Origin: Eledone cirrhosa
Taxonomy: Eukaryota
Direction of reading: 5' to 3'
Assembly (NCBI GenBank): GCA_964016885.1
Contig: OZ024758.1
Coordinates: 30,876,001 to 30,940,000, forward strand
Length of the DNA: 64,000 nt
The number at the start of each line of letters is the position of its first letter. Positions within the stretch are counted from its first letter, which is position 1. The notes under the pieces were generated by a model that saw nothing but the letters and a program-made list of their open reading frames with translations, was not told where the DNA came from and did not search any database. Of the stretch, positions 53,181 through 64,000 are shown one piece after another. Position numbers and translations under genes: made by a program.

Positions 53181-54569
53181 TTTCTTGTATGAAAGCAATA
53201 AATGTATTGTTGATATAACTATGAATTGCTCAAACATTGAGGAAAACAAAGCAGCATTGAATAACCAATATGTACTGGCGTTGATATTTCATTAGATTCA
53301 ATATCATGAATATTTCATTAGATTCAAGGTTTTATTTCAAACTGTTCAATGTAGGAATTTGTTAAAATCTGAAGCTTATTTTTGTAACTAATGTGGTCTT
53401 GTTAGATTACCAACTGTGATATATACAAAGAAGATATTTTGAGAGTTGTTCTAGAAACTACTGAACTAAATAATCTTTAGCAAATTGTCTGTCAAATCAC
53501 CTGTAAAATTCTAGGTTCTATTGATACAACTTATTGAATCAGATTAAAAATAGTGGTTGGAAGGAAACAAATCTTGTAAACTTTCTGTTACCAGGTCATG
53601 TGCATCGTTCAGGAAAATGCTTCGTGATTCTCTATTATCTATAAATTATTGGCAAATTTCCAGGTAATTTTCTCTCTTCTGTAAAGCGTGCAATTCAGGT
53701 GATTTGGCTTACTCCCTGTAACCTTACGGCAATATATTTATATTTTCATCCACATGATTTTCACCAAATAGTCCATAAATCACAAATGTTTAGTCTATGT
53801 ACAAACCAAAAGCATTTTTTTTCTTCTCTTCATTACGTTTAATACAGAGAAAAATATATTGTTTATGTGTAATTTCGTGCCACTATTGACAAGGATTAAG
53901 TTATGCACGTGGAATGTGATTGGTTAACCGACCATTCAGACTTTTTTTAATATCTACATTTTTTGTTGTAGAAACTATATAAATAGAAAATAATATTATA
54001 TTCAGCGCTATTTGCTTCATTCTCAGCTTTGTATCTTTATAAAGAAGTACAATTTTTCGTTATTTGTTTACGAAAGATCCATATATTCTATTTAATGTAT
54101 TTAATAATATATTCAAATAAATACTATCCTATACATAGACTTATATAAAACCATATAAAATGTTTTTGTATAACAATGTACGTAAGCCGTGTTTTCGGAC
54201 TTTAAGCGTTAACAATTTCTACCACCTCAGGTCCTTTTAGTCCGCCTCACCGCTATTTACCCCACTATCGCTCCTCCGCCCTCTCTCCACACTCAGCCCT
54301 CAATCTTGCCAAAATCTCCAAAATGGCGGACTGAATACGCACGGGTGTTTTTTACCCCACTTTTTTCTCATTTTCCCTCGTTCCTTTTTCTTCTCTCTTC
54401 TCACCCTTTATGCTTCTATTTTATCTATTATTTCTAACTCTATCGCCTGATAAGGGATTAGTGTCCGAAACGTTAATGCTGTTTTCCTGCGTTAAACTAA
54501 TATATTTCTTCAATGTACTGTCTCGTTTGCTTTGTTATTTCTGTTTAATTTTACACACACACACACACA

Positions 54570-54682
<113 letters not shown>

Positions 54683-55819
54683 ACTTGTAGAGGGAAGTAC
54701 ACATAGAGATATGTGTTCAATCATAGGGGATCAAAAACCACCAGAGTGACGAACATATCACCTACGGAAGGAATGGTGAATATAAATCAATAAAAAGAAT
54801 ATATTAAAGTATACCAACCATTCGATTATAATAAGAACACCCGGACATGCTCGAATAAGAGAATGTTTTGCTATAATAAGCGAAATGAAACAGGAGCCAA
54901 AATTAAAATAAAAAAATGGAGTTGAAAACTCGCATTAATCTCCTGTGTACTTCTCTCGATATGTTTATTTATAAAGAACCCCGAATATATATTCTGGGCT
55001 CTTTATAATCCCCTGTGATTGAACACATACCTCTATGTGTACTTCTCTCTATGTTTATTTATAAAGAGCCATGTATATATATAGTGGATTAATGTGTGTT
55101 TTGAACTCCGTTTTTTAATTTGAAATATATATATATAAAGGATGATTTATTCAAGGTCATAGATGCTATAAAATAGCTTATAAAGTAGGGTGAAGACCTT
55201 TAAAAGACGGAAAAAGAAGTTACAATAGATAAGTTGTATCATAGCAATCGATGGTAACTTCTTTTCCAGTCTTTAAAGGGTTTTCATTTAATAAGCTATT
55301 TTACATCATCTATGCGCTTGAGCACATTATCCTTTATACGTATATATATATGTATATTTATATATAAAATAAACACACATTGTCTCACTGTGAGTATTTT
55401 AAGCTGGTATAAGCGTTGGATGTGTATTTCAGAATTTCTTAATCCGTCATCACCAGACGCTTACTTACTTCAGGATGCTGAGATAGATGAAGCATATATC
55501 TTTTTATAGATTCTGTAAATAAACTATTTTTGTTCAAATCTTATTTACAAATAGTACAGGCTTGTAAATGTGGTTCAGAATAAAGGTCGTATATGGTTCT
55601 ATATACAACAAGTTTATATATAATAAACCTATGTATTGTCTCATTGTGAGACTAAATAATATGCGTACAAAATATATAAATGAAATACGCTTTGTCTGCA
55701 TCAACATCTCATAGTAAGTAATCGTCTGCTGGTGATGGATTCGTAAGTTTTAAAATACATATGCCCATGTAACAGACTGTACTATATTAAATGTTACTAG
55801 TCCAACACCCTTACCATTA

Positions 55820-56080
55820 GGCGTGGTCAAGTGGTAAGAGTGTTGGACTTACGATCATTAAGTCGTGGGTTTAATTCTCGGGCTAGGTTGCGTGTTGTGC
55901 CCTTGAGCACAACACTTCATTTCACGTCGCTCCAGTATACTCAGCTGAAAATAAGTACCTGCAATAGCTGGTACTTATGTGATGGACTTGATTCCTGCCC
56001 AAAGGGGAGTCTAGTATTCTTAGTCGCTTCACTTCATGAATCCGGGATAAGCTTCGACCTAACGAGCCTATGGCTTAAGA
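55820..56080 (+). mobile_element. Second tRNA-derived SINE family (CORE-like)
   Basis: GGCGTGGTCAAGTGGTAAG head, degenerate B box, GTGCCCTTGAGCACAACACTT central motif. Confidence 0.55.
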
Positions 56081-56532
56081 CATACTTTAGACTCTAGTTC
56101 TCAAAACCTTACAAAAAGAGAGATGTACCTATTCTGACAGTAAACCCCATTGTGTCTAACGCGCAAATAGAATCCAGAGTGAAGTTGCATGTTAGTGAAC
56201 TATTATATAATTGTTTATATGGCTCAAGGCTGGTCATTTGCGAAACGCGTGTTACAAATAAAATACTTTCAATTGAAACTTTGATCTCTCTTCATATATG
56301 CACTCTGCATCATACGCCAAGAACAAGCAAATATCGATATTGTTCCCCACTTTTAATACTGAATATTTAATTCACGTAAAACAGTGGGTATCACTCAACA
56401 ACTATCAAAACTATATATAATTTCAAAGAGGCCCCATGAATAAGTATTTAGAATATTCATCCAAGGACAATGTGAAAAACCAATACAGTATAATCGTACA
56501 TACATACATATATGCATATATATATATATATA

Positions 56533-56594
<62 letters not shown>

Positions 56595-56718
56595 GTAGGA
56601 GGTGAGTTTTATTGTAGCACAATAAAGCAATGCAAATATCGGATAAGTAGCACTCAACAATTTATAGGACTGGAGTATAAATAATATAAACGCATAAGAT
56701 AGTTAAAAGAGTTCCGTG

Positions 56719-56789
56719 TATTTTATTATGCGCATTTCAAAAACAAATATCATCATGGGATGATATTTGCGTTCTCATCAGATAAAATA
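56719..56789 (-). ncRNA. Type I hammerhead ribozyme, family D
   Basis: TATTTTAT-CTGATGA-GAACGCAAATATCATC CCAT GATGATATTTGTTTTT-GAAA-TGCGCA-TA-ATAAAATA. Confidence 0.82.
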
Positions 56790-56828
56790 GGGAGACATGA
56801 TATGAAGCTTAAAAAACACTTGCGAGCA

Positions 56829-56867
<39 letters not shown>

Positions 56868-56872
56868 CAGTT

Positions 56873-56924
<52 letters not shown>

Positions 56925-57045
56925 GGAGGTGAGTTTTATTGTAGTACAATAAAGCAATGCAGATATCGGATAAGAAGCACTCTACAGTTTGTGGGACTGG
57001 AGTATGCATAATATAAGATCAAAAGATGGTTAAAGGAGTTCAATA

Positions 57046-57116
57046 TATTTTATTATGCGCATTTCAAAAACAAACATCATCAAACAATAATATTTGTGTT
57101 TTCATCAGATAAAACA
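57046..57116 (-). ncRNA. Type I hammerhead ribozyme, family D
   Basis: Mirror of 57237-57307. Confidence 0.8.
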
Positions 57117-57236
57117 GGAGAACATGATATGAAGGCTAAAAAAACACTTGTTGATAGTGCAGTTTTAAATCAACATATGTTGATTTAAAACTGCACTATC
57201 AACAAGTGTTTTTTTAGCCTTCATATCATGTTCTCC

Positions 57237-57307
57237 TGTTTTATCTGATGAAAACACAAATATTATTGTTTGATGATGTTTGTTTTTGAAATGCGCATAA
57301 TAAAATA
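57237..57307 (+). ncRNA. Type I hammerhead ribozyme, family D
   Basis: TGTTTTAT-CTGATGA-AAACACAAATATTATT GTTT GATGATGTTTGTTTTT-GAAA-TGCGCA-TA-ATAAAATA. Confidence 0.8.
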
Positions 57308-57369
57308 TATTGAACTCCTTTAACCATCTTTTGATCTTATATTATATATATATATACATACAGTATATG

Positions 57370-57403
<34 letters not shown>

Positions 57404-57933
57404 TAAATATATGAGTGTGAATGAGAGTGAGTGTATGTGTGTGTGCGTTTGTGTGTGTGCGCGCAGCTCCCGAGTGAAGACATCACAATTTATAGAAATA
57501 CCTCCTACGGGACTAGAACTGTTTCGTTCGAATGAAATCATCAGGAATGCATTCTATATAATATATATACATATATATATATAAACATATAAATTAGCAA
57601 CTAGATATGTAACGGGTGCAGTTGGCGACGTAACTGGCAACACATCCGAGTTATCTGGTAGCATGTCTGCATATTCAGAACTTCAAAAGATGAGATCGGT
57701 AGTGGACAGTAATTTACTGTCATTTGATATACCAAGTACTTACATACTACAGGAAGATTCTGGATTAAGTGAAAGAAACTAGATTTTGTATAATGGAAGT
57801 TAGAAGTAGGTGGGTCTGAAAATACTTTAGTAATGAAATTCTCGTATTGTAATTGTTATATACCACTTATGAATTGTCATATTTACATATGTTCACACAT
57901 ACATATAAATGTACAGCTCCTTTTATATATATA

Positions 57934-58981
57934 CTAGCATTAAAGCCCGGCGTTGCTCGGGGTCAGTAAGTTACCAAAGTTAGGTTGCACCACCCATTTT
58001 ATGGCAGCACTTTTTTTGTCTGCCAGGCACTGGCAGACCTGGACTGCCGAAGCAAGGGCTGCGCCAGCAGTGACAATTGTAGTTTCACCTATGGATATTA
58101 TCTCTGTGCAAAGAAGTGTTGAAATTTATTGTTTCACAGTACTTGCGCAACACGCGCGTAGACGATGCCAGCCGAATAACAAAGCTGCGATGGAGTTGTT
58201 CTGTATGGTTGTCTAATGTGTGTTTTCTAAATTTAAGACAGTGGGGAGGGGTGTGATATGGGGGGAGAGTTACCTGCTGTTTCTAGCAGGTTTAGTGACC
58301 TCATGGAGGATATGTGGTTTCTAAATTTAAGACAGTAGGAAGGGGTGTGTTATGGGAGGAAAGTTACCTGCTGTTTCTAGCAACTTTAGTGACCTCATAG
58401 AGGATATTATTGTGTATATTAAATAAACTGATACTTCTTTCTTCCGCGTTCGTTGAGAGATGTTTTAAAAAAGATTTATCGCTATTTTTGTTGTTGTTGA
58501 ATAAATTTATCTGTTGCTTTTGAATAATTGTTGTTTCGTATGAAATGTAATAAGTACTCTTCGTTGTCATTGAAGTAAATAAATGTTTTACTGTTCCACA
58601 CACAAAAACAAACGTTCTCTCTCTCTAACACTCTCTTCTCTCTCTCTCTTTCCTTCATTTATTTCTCTCTTCTTTCTTCGAAGTTTGTAAGTTTAAGCGT
58701 ATATAAGAGAAAGTTGCAGCATGTATGTAGTTTTATCGAATTTTATCGAATAAGGGGAGTTGAGAGAAGAAATCAGATTATATTAGAGGGTAAAGCGTCA
58801 TGTATTTAGTTTTATCGATTATTTCCGTAATTTGGGGTGGGTTTGAAATAAATAAATAGTCGTCGACCTAAGTTGCACCATTTACAACATTCTTACAGAC
58901 TTTGAGTCGAATCGGTTTGAAATTGTGCAAATGTATAAACATGGAACACACACAGAACAACAACAATCTGCCTTTTATAGA
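57934..58981 (-). mobile_element. Non-autonomous Helitron-like element
   Basis: Minus strand starts A|TCTATAAAAGG and ends CCCGAGCAACGCCGGG hairpin plus CTAG|T; internal duplication 58222-58405; inverted partial copy at 59154-59480. Confidence 0.72.
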
Positions 58982-59170
58982 TAATGATATATGATATATA
59001 TATATATATAGTATGCTAGGGAATATATATACATATATATACATATATAAACACACACATATATATATATATATATATGTTTTATAAATATAGTTTCCAT
59101 TTATTTAATATCGTATATATATATATATATATATCATATATATATCATATATCATTATCTATAAAAGGCA

Positions 59171-59344
59171 AGTGGTGGATTGGCAGTATCGGTAGAGGGT
59201 CGGACGCCATGCTTTGACGGCCCTTGCCATTCTGAGTTCAAATCCCGCCGAGGTTAACTTTGCCTTTCATCTTACGGGGTCGATAAAATAAAGTACCAGT
59301 AATACACTGGTTAATTGCTTGCCTTGTGCCAAAAAGTAGAAACA
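59171..59344 (+). mobile_element. SINE with 17-bp target-site duplication
   Basis: ATTATCT(A/G)TAAAAGGCA at 59154-59170 and 59345-59361. Confidence 0.9.
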
Positions 59345-59480
59345 ATTATCTGTAAAAGGCAGATTGTTGTTGTGTGTGTTCCATGTTTATACATTTGCAC
59401 AATTTCTAACGGAATCGGCTCAAAGTCTGTAAGAATGTTGTAGATGGTGTAACTTAGGTTAAGGACTATTTATTTATTTC

Positions 59481-59530
<50 letters not shown>

Positions 59531-59994
59531 TTGATTACAGAGTCGGGCCAAATCGATGCAGATCGAACCTTCAGCTGATCAATCGTGAAATGCCTCACAC
59601 ATCAATAAATTTAATGAAGATCTAACACTTCGTCCATTTTATTATTAGTATTAAACTCTGCTTAGTACAACACCAACATACTTACTGTAAACTACGCATT
59701 GAGTGCTCACTCTGGTAAACCTACAGTAACTGGACGTTACAATCCCTATATATATATATATATATATATAAACAATTAAGTTAAAAATGTACATCCATAT
59801 ATGTATACTGAAATACTAGTATGCATATGAATACACACACGTATACATATGTAGATGTACCAAGTCTTTCACTGGTTACTTTACTGTGAGTATCCAGCTA
59901 TTCTGTATGTAAACACACAGACAAACCGGTTTTTAGAGTCATACTGGTTTTTGAGGAAACACCTTTCCTCTATTCTCCAGAAAGCCAGACAAGG

Positions 59995-60039
59995 AATATT
60001 GAACTAGTTTCGTTGCTGTTACAACTCATCAGCAATATT
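59995..60039 (-). ncRNA. Type I hammerhead ribozyme, family B
   Basis: AATATTG-CTGATGA-GTTG TAACAG CAAC-GAAA-CTAG-TT-CAATATT. Confidence 0.9.
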
Positions 60040-60643
60040 TACCTATCTACCGGCCTTTCTGGAGAATCGTAAAAGCACATATCGTTATATGCTTTTTCTA
60101 TGAAAATTAGTAGTGGGCAGACTAATTTGCATAGAATGTGAGTACGTACCGGTTCAACGGAGACGATAAAAACAAATAACGAAACGAAATTAAATTTCGT
60201 TTCGTTTGTAACTCACTTTTGTATGACTGACGCTTAAACAATTAAGTTAAAAATGTACATCCATATATGTATACTGAAATACTAGTATGCATATGAATAC
60301 ACACACGTATACATATGTAGATGTACCAAGTCTTTCACTGGTTACTTTACTGTGAGTATCCAGCTATTCTGTATGTAAACACACAGACAAACCGGTTTTT
60401 AGAGTCATACTGGTTTTTGAGGAAACACCTTTTTAACTTAATTGTTTAAGCGTCAGTCATACAAAAGTGAGTTACAAACGAAACGAAATTTAATTTCGTT
60501 TCGTTATTTGTTTTTATCGTCTCCGTTGAACCGGTACGTACTCACACTCTATGCAAATTAGTCTGCCCACTACTAATTTTCATAGAAAAAGCATATAACG
60601 ATATGTGCTTTTACGATTCTCCAGAAAGGCCGGTAGATAGGTA

Positions 60644-60688
60644 AATATTGCTGATGAGTTGTAACAACAACGAAACTAGTTCAATATT
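60644..60688 (+). ncRNA. Type I hammerhead ribozyme, family B (predicted cut after GUU, 60681)
   Basis: AATATTG-CTGATGA-GTTG TAACAA CAAC-GAAA-CTAG-TT-CAATATT; outer stem ATTCTCCAGAAA/TTTCTGGAGAAT. Confidence 0.9.
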
Positions 60689-61043
60689 CCTTGTCTGGCT
60701 TTCTGGAGAATAGAGGAAAGGTGTTTCCTCAAAAACCAGTATGACTCTAAAAACCGGTTTGTCTGTGTGTTTACATACAGAATAGCTGGATACTCACAGT
60801 AAAGTAACCAGTGAAAGACTTGGTACATCTACATATGTATACGTGTGTGTATTCATATGCATACTAGTATTTCAGTATACATATATGGATGTACATTTTT
60901 AACTTAATTGTTTAAGCATCAGTCATACAAAAGTGAGTTACAAGCGAAACGAAATTTAATTTCGTTTCGTTATTTGTTTTTATATATATATATATATATC
61001 GATAATATTAATAAATGGAAAATAACTTTATAAAACCATATTT

Positions 61044-61102
61044 ATTAAATTATACGTATTTCAAGGGTACTAATATTTTAGTACGCTTTCGTCAGATAAA
61101 AT
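61044..61102 (-). ncRNA. Hammerhead motif, diverged family C copy
   Basis: CTGACGA-AAGCGTACTAA AATA TTAGTACCCTT-GAAA-TACGTA-TA; stem I partly mismatched. Confidence 0.65.
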
Positions 61103-61163
61103 ATAATAATTGGTGTAAAGATAGTGACATATCTTCATGTGCTTCATGTTATAAATTCAGTGA

Positions 61164-61213
<50 letters not shown>

Positions 61214-61254
61214 GATATTAAATAAATGGAAACTATATTTATAAAACCATATTT

Positions 61255-61317
61255 ATTTCATTATACATATTTCAGGGATACTAAATTAAAATATGGTATG
61301 CCTTCATCAGACAAAAT
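61255..61317 (-). ncRNA. Type I hammerhead ribozyme, family C
   Basis: ATTTTGT-CTGATGA-AGGCATACCA..TAGTATCCCT-GAAA-TATGTA-TA-ATGAAAT. Confidence 0.75.
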
Positions 61318-61785
61318 ACAATATATAAACAGTTTTATAAATAATTTTGACGTACCCTATTAGAAGCGACCATTACTTTTGGAAGCTGTCTGGATAGTGA
61401 TATGTTTATAATTATTTTATTACTTGTAGTGTTAAGCACAGTTAGAAAAAAGACGGAGAGAAAAGAAAAACGGAGATAAAGAAGGAGAAAGAAAAAAGAA
61501 GGAGAGAGAGAAAAGGAAGATATATATAAAAATAGATAGGAGGAATTGAAAAAGAAAGAAACAAGAAAGGTTTTTATATATATCTTCCTTTTCTCTCTCT
61601 CCTTCTTTTTTCTTTCTCCTTCTTTATCTCCGTTTTTCTTTTCTCTCCGTCTTTTTTCTAACTGTGCTTAACACTTCAAGTAATAAAATAATTATAAACA
61701 TATCACTATCCAGACAGCTTCCAAAAGTAATGGTCGCTTCTAATAGGGTACGTCAAAATTATTTATAAAACTGTTTATATATTGT

Positions 61786-61848
61786 ATTTTGTCTGATGAA
61801 GGCATACCATATTTTAATTTGGTATCCCTGAAATATGTATAATGAAAT
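61786..61848 (+). ncRNA. Type I hammerhead ribozyme, family C
   Basis: ATTTTGT-CTGATGA-AGGCATACCA..TGGTATCCCT-GAAA-TATGTA-TA-ATGAAAT. Confidence 0.82.
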
Positions 61849-61979
61849 AAATATGGTTTTATAAATATAGTTTCCATTTATTTAATATCGTATATCTACT
61901 CCAAAAACTTGTCGAGTGCTTTATATCAGTTATAAAATATTTACTTGTTGAATCCCAACAATTTTAAATAAATAATATA

Positions 61980-62438
61980 TATACTGTATATAGGGAGGGT
62001 CATATTTGTGTAATAATATTGCCAGAATTAATAACAGAACACACTCACTGTTTGATTGGTTTTCGCTTCTGTGCCTTTTATATCGGTTAATTTAATTTAT
62101 TCGGTCCTCAATGTTGCCATTGACTGACCAACGGTCAACAATACAGATACAATATAGACACAAACACATATATATAGTCGATCAAAGTTCTTTCGTTGCA
62201 CATCTGCAACATTGTCAGTAGTGCTATTATGTTTCCTCCCGTTGCATTGTATGCTTACGCCATCTTTATTTAGTCTGTTTATTTATTTATTTATTTGTTT
62301 ATTGTTTTTCTCTTCTCTGCGCATGCGTTTGCGTGTGTGTATACTGTTTTGTTTGATGTGTGTTCTTGTTTGGGTGACTGTGTACTGGTTAATGTATTCT
62401 ATCTTAGTTTACTAGTGTGTGTTTATATGTGTATGTAT

Positions 62439-62477
<39 letters not shown>

Positions 62478-64000
62478 TACTTCTCTTAGGTCAGTGTTGT
62501 TTGTTTGGGTGTTGTTGTTATTCCATTCATTTTTTCTGTTTAGCCTTGGCCTTCCAAGTTCTATTTCGCTGGCCTCTCTGATTTGCCTATCTGCTGGGTC
62601 ATTTCTATGTTTAGATATTCTAATTTCTATGTTGTCTATGTTACCGTTGTGTTGTCTGGCATGTTCGTATAGTACTGAACCGTTTTTCGTCCTTTTAGCC
62701 CCCCCCCCCCCCCCCAGTGTTGGTCTATCCTTTCACCTATGCTACGAGCTGTCTCGCCTATGTATGTTGTCATGTTTCTGCAAGTACCCTCTGTACATCT
62801 TATGCTATAGACTACGTTTCTAGTTTTACAGTTTATCCGGGGGTTTACTCTACATATGATACATTTCCTATCAGTACAGTGGGTTTTCTTAAAAGGGTAG
62901 GTTTTGCTGATCAGGGATTTTTTGGTGGTTCCTGGCTTTTCTACCACCTTAATCTTTAAGTGGGTCTTGTCAGGGCCTTTCTACACTGGTTAGCTAATTT
63001 CCCTCCAGGGGTAGCGTCCACAAACATGACACTCTGGTATCTCTGGTTGTCGTATCATGATGTGGCCTTCCCTATCTTATGTCTAGCCCTATCTAAGCTA
63101 TTCCATGATTTGCTCCTGTATAATGGGAAAATTACTTTCATGTCCAGTTCTATGAGGTTCTTATATTTCTCCGTGGCTCCTTCGTATACTCTGATTCTGT
63201 CTCTTTGGTTGTAGCCAGAGAACTGCATGCGGTTGATGAAGTGTTGGATGTGTCTTTCCATTTCTGTTGGGTCGCACATGCGGGACACGTTCTTCATCAC
63301 TCGTACCAAGTCTGCGATTAGAATATTATACTTAGCACTACTGGACATTGCTGAGTTTTTGAGTATCAGGTATTTGGAGGCCATGGGTTTAGCATAGTGT
63401 GAGTGGAGAATTTGGGCTCTCTCGTCTATAGTGTTAATCCAGAGTTCCGTGTCTAATACAGGTAGTCTATTGTTAGGGGGTTTGGAAGGGTAGTCGATAG
63501 TTACAGTTATACTCTGGTGTATGGAATTAGCTATCTGCTGGATGCTTTCCATCGTGCTACGTTCTAAATCAAACTTGTTAGTGCTCTCTTGTGGGGATGT
63601 CCTTATTACTATATTGATGTCATCTACGTAGCGAGAGTACATGATGAGGTCTATGGAGCTTTCATCAAGGAGATCTTTGAGTCTCCTTTCCTACCATACC
63701 ATAAAAAGGTTGGCAACGTCACCAGCTATGCTGACGCCAATGGCTGCTCCCTCATTTTGGGTGTAGATCTTCTCGTTGAACTTGAATATGTGGCCCTTTA
63801 GGGTAGTTTTGAAACTAGCTCCTATTGCATGTGCGACCATTTTTCTTACCTGATCATTGTTTTGGGGGTCCGTATAGCTTTGGTCCACCCAATCCACCTT
63901 CACATGGGAGTCCTTTTTGCCATTCAGGATATGGGGGGGGGGGGGGTCTACCTCTTATGGGTCTACTGGGGCAAAAACGTCTAAAGTCATGGCTGTCTAG
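61980..64000 (-). mobile_element. Degenerate Penelope-like element (RT plus C-terminal GIY-YIG), runs off the window end; different lineage from the 32k and 38k copies
   Basis: FKFNEKIYTQNEGAAIG, RYVDDI, LPVLDTEL, HYAKPMAS, FSGYN, C..CIIC, VVYSIRC..YIGETARSIGERIDQH. Confidence 0.88.

Larger units (their letters stand above)
56591..57345. mobile_element. Two family D elements; the second forms a perfect 338-bp palindrome (57008-57345)
   Basis: Shared start TGTAGGAGGTGAGTTTTATTGTAG at 56594 and 56921; palindrome centre ACAT|ATGT at 57176/57177. Confidence 0.82.
59770..60981. mobile_element. Retrozyme-like HHR element, family B: 466-nt monomer as 1.4 minus-strand units plus 1.2 plus-strand units
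   Basis: 59770-59966 repeated at 60236-60432; 60433-60515 repeated at 60899-60981; halves are reverse complements; no ORF; (TA)n flanks. Confidence 0.85.
61208..61972. mobile_element. Family C fold-back element (325-bp arms 61208-61532 and 61571-61895) plus tail
   Basis: Near-perfect inverted repeat with 38-nt spacer; tail homologous to 30100-30185 and 48707-48795. Confidence 0.82.

Noticed and set aside
53200-53790. Coding-like composition on the minus strand
   Set aside because: Multiple stops and no recognisable motif
57505-57550. Minus-strand CTGATGA-TTTCATTCGAAC-GAAA
   Set aside because: No stem I pairing; a similarly weak case lies at 51413-51458

Overview
AT-rich, apparently gene-free animal genomic DNA packed with (TA)n, (CA)n, (CT)n and (AAT)n microsatellites and transposon remnants. 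The dominant tRNA-derived SINE resembles octopod SINEs, so an octopod cephalopod is likely (inference, not verified). Most ORFs in the track are microsatellite artefacts. Recognisable elements: a degenerate Tx1/L1-like LINE, three R4/Dong-like RLE LINE copies in (AAT)n tracts, RTE, CR1-like and CRE fragments, several decayed Penelope-like elements (PLEs; RT plus GIY-YIG), non-autonomous Helitron-like elements and about 25 SINE copies. The main unannotated signal is about 20 type I hammerhead ribozyme (HHR) motifs with an intact CUGANGA...GAAA...UH core, plus several decayed ones. They fall into several sequence families, with compensatory stem changes and palindromic stems III. Three related families are ORF-less 420-475 nt monomers inserted into (TA)n as more-than-unit-length tandem plus inverted arrays with a shared fixed 3' end. 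This architecture is expected of non-LTR retrozymes (self-cleaving, probably circular RNAs mobilised by PLE proteins). All structures were folded by eye and none was computationally or experimentally tested.
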